A DNA stretch of 64,000 nucleotides from Candidatus Dormiibacterota bacterium (lineage in GTDB: Bacteria; Chloroflexota; Dormibacteria; CF-121), in the NCBI GenBank assembly GCA_036564925.1, contig DATCOB010000025.1, forward strand, positions 6,708 through 70,707, given 5' to 3'. Below the pieces are notes generated by a model, which saw only the letters and a program-made list of their open reading frames with translations, made no database searches and was not told the origin of the DNA. Each line of letters begins with the position of its first letter. The stretch's first letter is position 1. This document shows positions 39,122 through 47,889 of the stretch, piece by piece. Position numbers and translations under genes: made by a program.

Positions 39122-40074
39122 TCGTGGGCCGCGGGAAGCGCGATGCCGGTCAGCTTCAAGAACAGGTCACCCAGGTTCGGCCGTCGGACACGCATGGTGT
39201 TGACGAGATCGGCGGTTCCGTTGAGCACGGCGAGGACGTCGGCGGGGTTCGCCCCCTTGGCCAGGACGATGTGCACCGTATCCCCTTCCACGTTGGCGGC
39301 TTCCACCGACGCGAGCCCGCGCAGCTTATCGAGGGGGACCGGCGAGCTCACCTGGAGCTGCACCTCCTTGGACCCCGCCAGCTCGCTCAGCAATTCTGGG
39401 ACCCTGCCCTCGCGGATCACGCGGCCGTGGTGCAGGAAGAGGACCCGGTCGCAGAGCCGCTCGGCCAGGTGCACGTCGTTGGTGGCGAGCAGGATCGCCA
39501 CGCCGGTAAGGCTCAGGAGCTGCAGCCGCTCGATGAGTTCGAGCTCGGCCCGGTAATCGAGCGCCAGGGTCGGCTCGTCGAGCAGCAGGATCTCCGGGCG
39601 GTGAACGAGTGCCTCGATCAAGTTCAGCCTCCGCTTCATCCCCAGCGAGTACTCGGCGACGAGCTGATCGCGGGCATCCCAGAGGCCGGACCAGTGGAGC
39701 AGCTCGTCCAGGCGTGCCCGGGCGAGCTCCTGCGACAGGCCGAATTGGCGGGCGAAGAACCAGGCGTTCTGATAGCCGGACATCTGATCGAAGTGGGCCG
39801 CCTGATCGAGGACGATCCCCAGGCGGCGGCGGACTGATGGGTCGCGCGGGTTTTTATTGCCGAACCAGGTGATGGTGCCGGCGGTCGGCGTTGAGGCGGT
39901 CGCCAGCATGCGCAGCAGGGTCGTTTTCCCCGAGCCGTTGGGACCCATCAAGCCGACCACCTCGCCGGCGTCAAGGGTGATCGCCACGTCGAAGACACCC
40001 TTGCCGCCGCGGTAGCGGCGGCTCAGGTCGCTCGCGCGCAGGAGGCTATCCCTTGAAGCCGTATCGTCCTTCAT
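39118..40074 (-). CDS. ABC transporter ATP-binding protein
   Basis: Walker A GLMGPNGSGKTT, signature SLGMKRRL, Walker B LLLDEPT. Confidence 0.9.
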   Translation of the reverse strand: MKDDTASRDSLLRASDLSRRYRGGKGVFDVAITLDAGEVVGLMGPNGSGKTTLLRMLATASTPTAGTITWFGNKNPRDPSVRRRLGIVLDQAAHFDQMSGYQNAWFFARQFGLSQELARARLDELLHWSGLWDARDQLVAEYSLGMKRRLNLIEALVHRPEILLLDEPTLALDYRAELELIERLQLLSLTGVAILLATNDVHLAERLCDRVLFLHHGRVIREGRVPELLSELAGSKEVQLQVSSPVPLDKLRGLASVEAANVEGDTVHIVLAKGANPADVLAVLNGTADLVNTMRVRRPNLGDLFLKLTGIALPAAHE

Positions 40075-42568
40075 GGAAATCGCCGGTCTCGATCCATTTC
40101 TGGATCACGGCGTCCATTACGTGGCTGGTCACCCGGGCCTCACCCAGTTGGCGGGCATTCCCCTCGATCGCCTCCATCACCTGGCCTTTCACGAACGGCG
40201 GCATATTCTCGAGCCGTTTCTCCGCGTCTGGTTCCCACGGCATCTGCTGGCCCTTTTGCTGGAGGGCATCCGACACCTCACCCCACATCTCGAATTTGAC
40301 ATCCATGGCTTCCGGGGTGATGACCGGGCCGAGGCCCTTCTTCGCCGCCGTCCACTCGACGCGCCAGCGGCTCAGCTCGCGGCAGTACGAGGGAAGGTTG
40401 GCCAGCCTGGCCTCCGCCTCGGACGACCAGGTGAAACGATGCTCGAAGGTTTTCTGGCTGAGGGGATGCCCATAACCGATCTTGATGCCGAGCCGCTCCA
40501 GGAATGCGGCGTTGATCGCCTCCGAGGTCCGGGCAGCTCGCGACTCGGCGGCATGTTCGGCCAGTTCGCGGGCGCGGGCGGGATCGAATTTCTCCATCGC
40601 GCGGATCTCCACCTCGTTGAGCCGGCGGACGCCGTCCTCCGTCCAGCCGGGAGCGGTCTCCGGCGGCGCCTCGGCGGCCGACCCTCCGTGACCATGGGCG
40701 TGCATGGCCGCCTCGACGATGTCAGGCGAGTGAGCCTTGAGCGCCTGGTCCATCATCAGGCGGGCATCCACCAGGCCGCCTTCCACGACGTCCCGGGTGA
40801 TGGTCTCGGCATGGATCTTGCGGGCGAACTCCTCGACCTTGCTGCGGGCGAGCATCCGCATGAACCCCCCGGGGACGCGCTCCATGCGGCTGACCGCGTC
40901 GTCGGTCCAGGTGATCGGCGCCTCGCCATTCTTCGGCGCGCCCGGGGTCGGGATGTGATCCCCGACGGCCTCCGCGACCGGACCGTAGGCCTCGTCCAGG
41001 TTCGCGTCGGCGAAATCCCTCGTAATGCTGGGCAGGCGCTGCACCCGCGCGATCTTTTCGACGCGGGCCTTGACCCGACGCCGCTCGTAGCCCTTGGGCA
41101 CGCGGTTCAGGACCTCTTTCGCCTCGGCGGTCCATTTCACCTTGAACCCGTCGAACGCCTCCTCTTCCTCGATGCCGCCCTCCCGGGTGGCCATCGCGGC
41201 GATGGCCGCCTTGTCAACGGCCTGGAAGCTCATCCCCTCGCATACCGGGCAGGTGTCGGGTCGCTGTCCCTGGGAGGGCCTCCCGCAGCGGCGACAGATC
41301 CAGGTCTCGACGGCTTCCAGGCCGTCCATGGAGGCCCTCACCGTGATCGGCTCGACCCCCATCGCGCGGGCCGCGTGCTCGGGCATGACCTCGGAGACGG
41401 CCTGGTCGATGATCGAGGAACTGATGATCGAGTGGCCCCGCTCCATGGCGTATCGGCAGATGGCAGTGCGGGTGATCGCGCGGAAGGCGGCGGGCACCTT
41501 CTCCATTCGCACCTCGGCCTCCTCGGTCCACGCGACACTCGCCTCCGCCTGGACATCGATGGGTGGCACAAACGTTCGGCTGGAGAGCAGCACGCTGACC
41601 GGGGCCAGGCGGAGGAGGTTGTCGCTGTTGCTGCCGATGTCCATCGTGCCGGCGGAGTGGACGCCGATCCGGCCGATGACCAGCAGCCAGGGTGGATCCT
41701 GGCGGACGTACTGCAGGACCTTCTTGAACGCCTTGCCGTCGAAGAGCGTGGTCTTCAGCTCGACGCCCTGGTCGCGCGCCACGGACTGCGCGACCCGGAG
41801 ATGGGACTCGTAGATCTTGGCCAGTCCGGTGTCGATGATCTCCTCGTGAAGTTGCTCCTGCTCTTTGAAGCGGAAGATCTTGGAGGCCTCGGCGGAAAGG
41901 ACGTCCACGATCCCGTTGAACATCGCATAGTGGAGATAAGGGTCGTACACGGACACGGCTTCGACGCGCTTGTCGAGCGCAACCGCCAAATCCAGCGCGG
42001 TCTTGAGGCCGGCAAATGACTGGGGGCTGCCGTCGATCGCCACGACGATCCGATCCGAGGCGTCCTCGCGAAACGGGTGGGTGTCCCGAACGACGAGCGA
42101 ATCCACCCGGATCCGGCGCACCACCCGGTCAGTGACGCTGCCGATCATGCTGTCCTTGACCGCGCCCATGCCGAGGGCGCCCATCACCACCAGGTCGTAG
42201 TCGGACTCGCCGATGTCCTGGACCAAGCACTCCCAGTTCTTGCCGTCAAAGCTCTTGTACTCGACCGGAAGCCCAGCCCGGTCGCAGGCCACCTTCATCA
42301 CATCGAGGTAGGAATCCGAGATCAACTGCAACCCGCGAGTGATCAGGGAATCGTGGATTTTGCGCTGACGCTCCAGCTCCTGTTCCTGCTGATACTCCTC
42401 AGGCAGCGTGTACTCCATCTGCTTGAAGCGGACATCGTGCATGCGCGCGGCATAGATGTGGCTGCCGACCAGTGAGGCGCCGGTCGACTTGGCCAGCGCA
42501 ATGGCGACCTCGATTGCCGCATTGGAGTGGTCCGAGTTATCGAGGGGGACATAGATTTTCTCGTACAC
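40046..42568 (-). CDS. multidomain protein: 2x universal stress protein (UspA) domains + Cys4 zinc ribbon + six PCP_red-like (protochlorophyllide reductase 57 kDa C-terminal) repeats
   Basis: Usp starts MYEKIYVPLDNSDHS... and RIVVAIDGSPQS...; CRRCGRP...CPVCEG; repeated W[TS]xEAExRLxxVPxFVRxxxRxxxExxAR units (AWTEEAEVRMEKVPAAF, KWTAEAKEVLNRVPKGY, TWTDDAVSRMERVPGGF, GWTEDGVRRLNEV, TWSSEAEARLANLPSY, PWEPDAEKRLENMPPFVKG). Confidence 0.8.
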   Translation of the reverse strand: MYEKIYVPLDNSDHSNAAIEVAIALAKSTGASLVGSHIYAARMHDVRFKQMEYTLPEEYQQEQELERQRKIHDSLITRGLQLISDSYLDVMKVACDRAGLPVEYKSFDGKNWECLVQDIGESDYDLVVMGALGMGAVKDSMIGSVTDRVVRRIRVDSLVVRDTHPFREDASDRIVVAIDGSPQSFAGLKTALDLAVALDKRVEAVSVYDPYLHYAMFNGIVDVLSAEASKIFRFKEQEQLHEEIIDTGLAKIYESHLRVAQSVARDQGVELKTTLFDGKAFKKVLQYVRQDPPWLLVIGRIGVHSAGTMDIGSNSDNLLRLAPVSVLLSSRTFVPPIDVQAEASVAWTEEAEVRMEKVPAAFRAITRTAICRYAMERGHSIISSSIIDQAVSEVMPEHAARAMGVEPITVRASMDGLEAVETWICRRCGRPSQGQRPDTCPVCEGMSFQAVDKAAIAAMATREGGIEEEEAFDGFKVKWTAEAKEVLNRVPKGYERRRVKARVEKIARVQRLPSITRDFADANLDEAYGPVAEAVGDHIPTPGAPKNGEAPITWTDDAVSRMERVPGGFMRMLARSKVEEFARKIHAETITRDVVEGGLVDARLMMDQALKAHSPDIVEAAMHAHGHGGSAAEAPPETAPGWTEDGVRRLNEVEIRAMEKFDPARARELAEHAAESRAARTSEAINAAFLERLGIKIGYGHPLSQKTFEHRFTWSSEAEARLANLPSYCRELSRWRVEWTAAKKGLGPVITPEAMDVKFEMWGEVSDALQQKGQQMPWEPDAEKRLENMPPFVKGQVMEAIEGNARQLGEARVTSHVMDAVIQKWIETGDFHEGRYGFKG

Positions 42569-42673
42569 GGGCAGCTCCCTTCACACTGCGGCGCGGCCGC
42601 GAGCCCGACGGCAATCACGAGACGACGGCCCTTCCAGCCGCCGTTCCATCATATCTACCGTGCTCGAGCAACG

Positions 42674-43594
42674 CTAGGGCGAGATCCCCCAGGAGCTCAC
42701 CATCGAGGCTCCGGGTTCGAGGACCCGCAGGCCATCACCGGTGCGAAAGGCATTGGGGGCGCACGTCATGGGTTCGATCGCGACGCTCCGGCGTCGTCGA
42801 GCCGGGTCCGGGAGGGCGTCACCGGTGAAGACCATCAGGTAGGCATGGGTGGCGTCCATCCATAGCGTGAGTTTTGGATCACCGTCGGGTGCCTGCAGGT
42901 ACACCCGGATGATGCCGTCGGTGTCGGCAATCAGGTTGGCGAAGGCCGTATCCATCTGGAGGTCGCCGATGGCCCGCAGTTCGAGGAAATCGTAGGGGGT
43001 CCCTTCGATCGGAACAAGACGCCCGGTCGGGATCAGTCGATCATCCGCCTCAAGACGCATCAACGCGGGAATCCGGAGCATCGCCTCATCGATCCGGGCC
43101 GTTCCGACGGTGAAATACGGATGGTGACCCGCTCCATAGGGCAGCGGAGTGGTCCCGTTGTTGGTCGCCGTCGTGCGGACCGTGAGGCCCGACGCGTCGA
43201 GCCGGTACTCGATCCCGAGCGCGAGGCTGAACGGGTAACCATCCTGCGGATGGAGTGCCAGGGCCATCGTGACCTGGTCTGGCCGGTGGTCACCTGCCGT
43301 CCAGCTGACCCAACGCGCCAGTCCGTGGATGGCGTTGTGACGGCTCGGCTCGGTCAGGGCCGTCTGATAGGTCTGCCCCATGAACTCGTATCGCCCATCC
43401 TGGATCCGGTTTGGCCAGGGTAGCAGGGCGGCGCCACGGCAGGCATCGCAGATCTCCGCCTCACCGAACCCGTCAAGGACGTCCCGCTCGCCGATGGTAT
43501 AGCGACGCAGCCCGGCCCCCACCTCCGTGACGATGGCGCGCTGGGAGCCATGGCGCAGGACGTACTGTCGACCTGAGGGCGGGCTGGCAGGCAT
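42674..43594 (-). CDS. aldose 1-epimerase family protein
   Basis: Mutarotase-fold motifs (GFGEAE, PWPNRI, HPYF); start at MPASPPS. Confidence 0.75.
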   Translation of the reverse strand: MPASPPSGRQYVLRHGSQRAIVTEVGAGLRRYTIGERDVLDGFGEAEICDACRGAALLPWPNRIQDGRYEFMGQTYQTALTEPSRHNAIHGLARWVSWTAGDHRPDQVTMALALHPQDGYPFSLALGIEYRLDASGLTVRTTATNNGTTPLPYGAGHHPYFTVGTARIDEAMLRIPALMRLEADDRLIPTGRLVPIEGTPYDFLELRAIGDLQMDTAFANLIADTDGIIRVYLQAPDGDPKLTLWMDATHAYLMVFTGDALPDPARRRRSVAIEPMTCAPNAFRTGDGLRVLEPGASMVSSWGISP

Positions 43595-43614
43595 TCGTCT
43601 CGGATAATAGAACG

Positions 43615-43998
43615 GTGGCCACGCTGAAGCTGGGGCTGTTCGGAACGCCACGCGACGAGCTGGCGAGCACCGTCGATGGCGACGTCCCGGAGTGGATCGA
43701 GCGTCTCTATCAGAGCTACGGCACGACGGCGGAGGTCGCGCCCGCCAGCGTCTCGGTGATGGCGCTCGGCGAGTCGCTCAGCGTCCGGTTGCGCAAGCTC
43801 GCCCTGCTCCTCTCCAAGATGGAGGCGATGGGGTGGACGATCGAGCCACGACGCTGGCACCTGGTCGCCAGCACCAACCTCGATGAAGTCGAGGCCGAAC
43901 GGCAGCTGGATGCGGCCGGCGTCTGGGTGATCGCCCGCCAGCACGCGCCGCAGGACAAGGACGGGAACGTGCGCTGGTCGCGGGCGCTATTCCCGTGA
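43615..43998 (+). CDS. hypothetical protein (coupled to pdxH)
   Basis: 127-aa ORF, stop overlaps pdxH start; no recognisable domain. Confidence 0.4.
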   Translation: MATLKLGLFGTPRDELASTVDGDVPEWIERLYQSYGTTAEVAPASVSVMALGESLSVRLRKLALLLSKMEAMGWTIEPRRWHLVASTNLDEVEAERQLDAAGVWVIARQHAPQDKDGNVRWSRALFP

Positions 43999-44609
43999 GG
44001 GACGAGCCGGCGGCACTATCGGAGGACGCTGTCGATCCGGACCCGTTCAAGCAGTTTGCGGCCTGGTTTGCCGACGCCGGGACGGCGGGCGAAGTGTTGC
44101 CGGAGGCGATGACGCTCGCGACGGCCACGCGGGACGGTCGGCCTTCCGCCCGGATGGTCCTGCTCAAGGGGTTCGATGCACAGGGCTTCGGCTTCTTCAC
44201 CAACTACGAGAGCGGTAAAGGACGAGAGCTTGCCGAGAATCCGCGTGCGGCGCTGGTCCTCTACTGGTCCAAGCTCGGACGCCAGGTCCGGATCAGCGGC
44301 GATGTGGTGAAACAGACCTCGGAAGAGTCCGCGACGTACTTCCACAGCCGTCCGGCCTTGAGCCAGTTGAGCGCCTCCGTTTCCCAGCAGAGCGCGGTGA
44401 TCCCCAATCGGGCGGTCCTCGAGGAGGGCATGGCGGAGCTCGCCGCCCGATACCAGGGCACCCAGGTGCCCTTGCCGCCGACCTGGGGTGGCTATCGGGT
44501 CCGTCCGACGACGATCGAATTCTGGGTTCATCGCGACAACCGCCTGCATGATCGGATCCGGTACACCCGGACGACACCGGGCTGGCGGATCGAGCGCCTC
44601 AGCCCTTAG
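43995..44609 (+). CDS. pdxH: pyridoxamine 5'-phosphate oxidase PdxH
   Basis: PNPOx fold with C-terminal IEFWVHRDNRLHDRIRYTR signature. Confidence 0.9.
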   Translation: MRDEPAALSEDAVDPDPFKQFAAWFADAGTAGEVLPEAMTLATATRDGRPSARMVLLKGFDAQGFGFFTNYESGKGRELAENPRAALVLYWSKLGRQVRISGDVVKQTSEESATYFHSRPALSQLSASVSQQSAVIPNRAVLEEGMAELAARYQGTQVPLPPTWGGYRVRPTTIEFWVHRDNRLHDRIRYTRTTPGWRIERLSP

Positions 44610-44630
44610 TGTCTTAGAACGCCGACAGAC

Positions 44631-44659
44631 AAAAGCCCCGGCACAGCGCCGGGGCTTTT
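44631..44659. terminator. bidirectional rho-independent terminator
   Basis: AAAA-GCCCCGGC-ACAGC-GCCGGGGC-TTTT between convergent pdxH and 44674..45270. Confidence 0.6.
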
Positions 44660-44673
44660 GCGGGGCTGCCGAA

Positions 44674-45270
44674 CTATTTGACGCGGTAGACGACGAGCGC
44701 GGCATCGAAGTTGTGGCTGGCATCGTAGCTGCCCGCCGCGATGAGCCGCTCTCCCGCATGGATCTCGCTGAGCGAGCCGGCCTTGCGCGCCGCCTTGCCG
44801 TCGCGCTCGAAGTAACGGGTGTCGCTCGTCACCGTCAGCCTGACGTCCTTGCCGTCGCGCGTCTTTAGCGTGATGACGTTGCCGCTCACCGTCTCGACCT
44901 TGCCCGCGACGTGCGCCCGGCCGATGTGGATCCGCCTGGCGTAGGTTTTGCCGTCGCGCTCCTCGTACCGAACCGCGACGTGGCTGTTGATCTCGATCTC
45001 AGCCCAGCCGGCCTTGTCCTTGCGGCCCTTCACCACGATGGTCTTGTCCGTGCGAAGGAAGGTCTTGCTCTCGCCTGTGCGATTCTTGACGCTCAGCTGC
45101 GTCTCGTTGATCGCCGTGACGGTCCCCCGGAACACGTCCTTGGCCGCCTGCCGATGCTTCGCCGTTGGGACCGCCGTCTGGGCACCGGCCGGCGCCGCCA
45201 TGGCACCGGTCGCCAGCACGCCCATAAGTACCCCCGCCGCCGCGATTCCTGCGAACACTTTGCCGAACAT
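44674..45270 (-). CDS. secreted protein with two DUF5666-like beta-barrel repeats
   Basis: GGAGG SD; signal peptide MFGKVFAGIAAAGVLMGVLATGAMA; two ~70-aa repeats (GTVTAINETQLSVKNRTGESKTFL... / GKVETVSGNVITLKTRDGKDVRLTV...). Confidence 0.7.
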   Translation of the reverse strand: MFGKVFAGIAAAGVLMGVLATGAMAAPAGAQTAVPTAKHRQAAKDVFRGTVTAINETQLSVKNRTGESKTFLRTDKTIVVKGRKDKAGWAEIEINSHVAVRYEERDGKTYARRIHIGRAHVAGKVETVSGNVITLKTRDGKDVRLTVTSDTRYFERDGKAARKAGSLSEIHAGERLIAAGSYDASHNFDAALVVYRVK

Positions 45271-45527
45271 TTTTCTAACCTCCTGTATTTCGACGATCGC
45301 TATGGTCCCCAGTCTCGGGCCGGCCGCTGAGACGGACCGTTCGAAACCCTTAGAGGTGGCTGAGAGCGCCGGATTAAGGCCGAAGGAGGGTGGCTTAACG
45401 ATTCTTTCCTGCAAGCGAGCCGGTTTTTCGCATCCGTTACCGTTGCCCCCTGACAGTCCCATCAAGGGATGCGAAAGGGCTTACAGCGTTATGCCCGCCG
45501 TAGCCTTACGGCCGTATCGTCGCCAGC

Positions 45528-46700
45528 GTGGCATCCGTCGCGACACTCCACCTGGCGGAGGCAGAATTCCCGGCCGCGCCGCACCGCCTCGACGGCCACC
45601 ATTACGGCCCGATCACAGCCTTGCTCCACGACGACTCCATCAGCGAGGTCATGGTCAACGGCCCGGCCCAGGTCTACATCGAGCGCAAGGGCCAGCTGAC
45701 ACTGTCCGACGTGACCTTCGCCAACGAAGAGGAGCTGATCCGCGTGATCCGTGAGATCGCGGCCTTCGTCGGTCGCCGGATCGACGAGGACTCGCCGATG
45801 GTCGACTGCCGGCTTCCCGACGGCTCGCGCGTCAACGCCATCATCCCGCCGCTGGCCCTCGACGGCTCCTCCCTGACCATCCGCAAGTTCGCCAAGGACC
45901 CCTACACGGTGCAGGACCTGATCGGCTTTGGGACCCTGACCCTGGAGGCCGGCGCCTTCCTGGAGGCATGCGTCAAGGCGCACTTCAACATCCTGGTGGC
46001 GGGCGGAACCGGGTCCGGCAAGACGACCACCCTGAACGTCCTCTCCTCGTTCATCCCCGAAACCGAGCGCGTGGTCACGATCGAGGACGCGGCCGAACTG
46101 CAGCTTCGCCAGCCGCACAAGGTCCGGCTCGAATCTCGCCCGGCCCGCATCGATGGGACCGGCCGGATCAGCATCCGCGACCTGGTCGTCAACGCGCTGC
46201 GCATGCGGCCCGACCGGATCGTCATCGGCGAGTGCCGCAGCGGCGAGGCCCTGGACATGCTGCAGGCGATGAACACCGGCCACGACGGGTCCCTTACGAC
46301 CATCCATGCCAATACCCCTCGCGACACCCTCGCCCGGCTGGAAACCCTCGTCCTGATGTCGGGGGTCGACCTTCCCCAGCGGGCGATCCGCGAGCAGATC
46401 GCCTCGGCCATTCATTTGATCGTCCAGCAGTCGCGGATGCGCGATGGCTCACGACGGATCACCAATATCACCGAAGTGATTGGCCGAGAGGGCGACACCA
46501 TCACCCTGCAGGACGTCTTCCTGTTCGAAGAGACGGGCGTGGATGGCAACGGCAAGATCCTTGGCAAACTGAATCCGACCGGGATCCGACCCAACGCCAT
46601 GGCCAAGATCTATTCGCGAAAAGTCGCCATCGCGCCGGCCCTGGCGGCCCTCTTTCCCGATCGCAAAGCGCCTGATTTCACCGTGGGGGTGCGCCGATGA
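45528..46700 (+). CDS. cpaF: CpaF/TadA-family type II/IV secretion system ATPase
   Basis: Walker A LVAGGTGSGKTTTLN, Asp/His boxes, CpaF C-terminal region; GTG start. Confidence 0.85.
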   Translation: MASVATLHLAEAEFPAAPHRLDGHHYGPITALLHDDSISEVMVNGPAQVYIERKGQLTLSDVTFANEEELIRVIREIAAFVGRRIDEDSPMVDCRLPDGSRVNAIIPPLALDGSSLTIRKFAKDPYTVQDLIGFGTLTLEAGAFLEACVKAHFNILVAGGTGSGKTTTLNVLSSFIPETERVVTIEDAAELQLRQPHKVRLESRPARIDGTGRISIRDLVVNALRMRPDRIVIGECRSGEALDMLQAMNTGHDGSLTTIHANTPRDTLARLETLVLMSGVDLPQRAIREQIASAIHLIVQQSRMRDGSRRITNITEVIGREGDTITLQDVFLFEETGVDGNGKILGKLNPTGIRPNAMAKIYSRKVAIAPALAALFPDRKAPDFTVGVRR

Positions 46701-47002
46701 ACAGCGAGCAAATCGAGCGACTCGATCCCGAGGTCCTCTTAGACGTGGCGGCCGACATGCGGAGCGAACTCGACTCGGTCCAGGAGCAGATGGCGCAGTT
46801 GACCTGGGAGAACAAGCGCGCGCATACCCTGAAAACGATTTTCGGTACCGACCCGCTCACCCGTGAGCGCTTCAACATGCTGCACGACAGCATCGATCAG
46901 TTCGCGGGCAAGATGGCCGGGCTGCACGAGGAAGAGCGGTTGCTCACCACCTGGCTGGACCGCTGCCGCGAGCTCCTCCAGGCCGAGCGCAAAGCCGCCT
47001 GA
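46697..47002 (+). CDS. small coiled-coil protein (hypothetical), coupled to cpaF
   Basis: ATGA overlap with cpaF stop; 101 aa, helical/charged. Confidence 0.45.
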   Translation: MNSEQIERLDPEVLLDVAADMRSELDSVQEQMAQLTWENKRAHTLKTIFGTDPLTRERFNMLHDSIDQFAGKMAGLHEEERLLTTWLDRCRELLQAERKAA

Positions 47003-47011
47003 GCGCCGGCG

Positions 47012-47701
47012 CTAGATCTCGATCGCGCGGACGATGAAGTCGCGGCTGCCATCCCAGGTCCAGCACGTTTGCAGGGTAAGCGTCGAGGCTCCGGTGGCCC
47101 CGAGCGGCCAGAGCTGGGTGTTGCTGACGATCGTGGTCGAGCTCACCCGGTAGGTATGAACCCGGCCGGACGGGTCGCCGTACTGGACGATGTCACCCGC
47201 GTGCAGGGCCAGGATCGGCGTGAAGGTCCCCGGGTTGTGGGCCATGATGTAGGTGTTGTTGGCGCCGGCGCAGCTCCAGCGCCAGGCTCCCCAGCGTGGC
47301 ACGGCAAGCCGGCCAAGGCAGTCGCCGTACCAGCCGACCGGCAGGCTCAGGCCGAGCCGGGGGATGACGATCGAGTTGGCCCGAACGGCGGGGGCGGCCG
47401 GCCGCGGCGGCGCGATTGGCGCTGCAGGCCTGACGATGACCGACAGGGGAGCGGCAACCACCAACGGGACGGGCGACGCCGCAGCGACGGCGGCGACCGG
47501 CGCCTCCACGACGGGCTGCCGCGCGACGGCGAGCTGGCGAAGCAGACGGAGGTCACCCTGATCGGTCCTGGCCGAAACCTCGGCCGCGGCGACCGGCCTG
47601 GTCAGGATCGTCGGGTGCGAAGTCAGAAGCGGAAAGCTGAGGACCCAGAGACCGATCCCGGTCAGAAGCGGTGTGCGCCACCGCCGAAGGAGATGTGCCA
47701 T
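47012..47701 (-). CDS. sortase-family transpeptidase (class E/F-like)
   Basis: N-terminal TM anchor, Pro/Ala-rich linker, catalytic-domain motifs NTYIMAHN and TLQTCW (TLxTC), C-terminal Arg. Confidence 0.7.
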   Translation of the reverse strand: MAHLLRRWRTPLLTGIGLWVLSFPLLTSHPTILTRPVAAAEVSARTDQGDLRLLRQLAVARQPVVEAPVAAVAAASPVPLVVAAPLSVIVRPAAPIAPPRPAAPAVRANSIVIPRLGLSLPVGWYGDCLGRLAVPRWGAWRWSCAGANNTYIMAHNPGTFTPILALHAGDIVQYGDPSGRVHTYRVSSTTIVSNTQLWPLGATGASTLTLQTCWTWDGSRDFIVRAIEI

Positions 47702-47889
47702 TGGTCGAGAAACGACCGAGCGGCGGCGAGGTATGCGCCATTTACGCCATCGTCACGTTATGTAACGGGTTGAAATCGGTTCCACCATGACGGTGGCGTA
47801 CACCAGCGGTTTACGGCTTCTTGACAACAATGAACTCAGTTGAGTAGGGTTGACGGACTCGTCCACCGCGCTCAGTCCTGGGAGGGAAG

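Noticed and set aside
38411-40074. Interpretation of the ABC ATPase + ABC-2 permease as CcmAB heme exporter (System I cytochrome c maturation)
   Set aside because: No CcmC/WWD-domain protein and no CxxCH apocytochrome in the operon. The ATPase is 318 aa (longer than CcmA). The similarity is generic to ABC-2 systems.
40073-42019. 648-aa plus-strand ORF
   Set aside because: Antisense to the Usp/PCP_red gene, whose repeated domain structure is unambiguous; compositional artefact.
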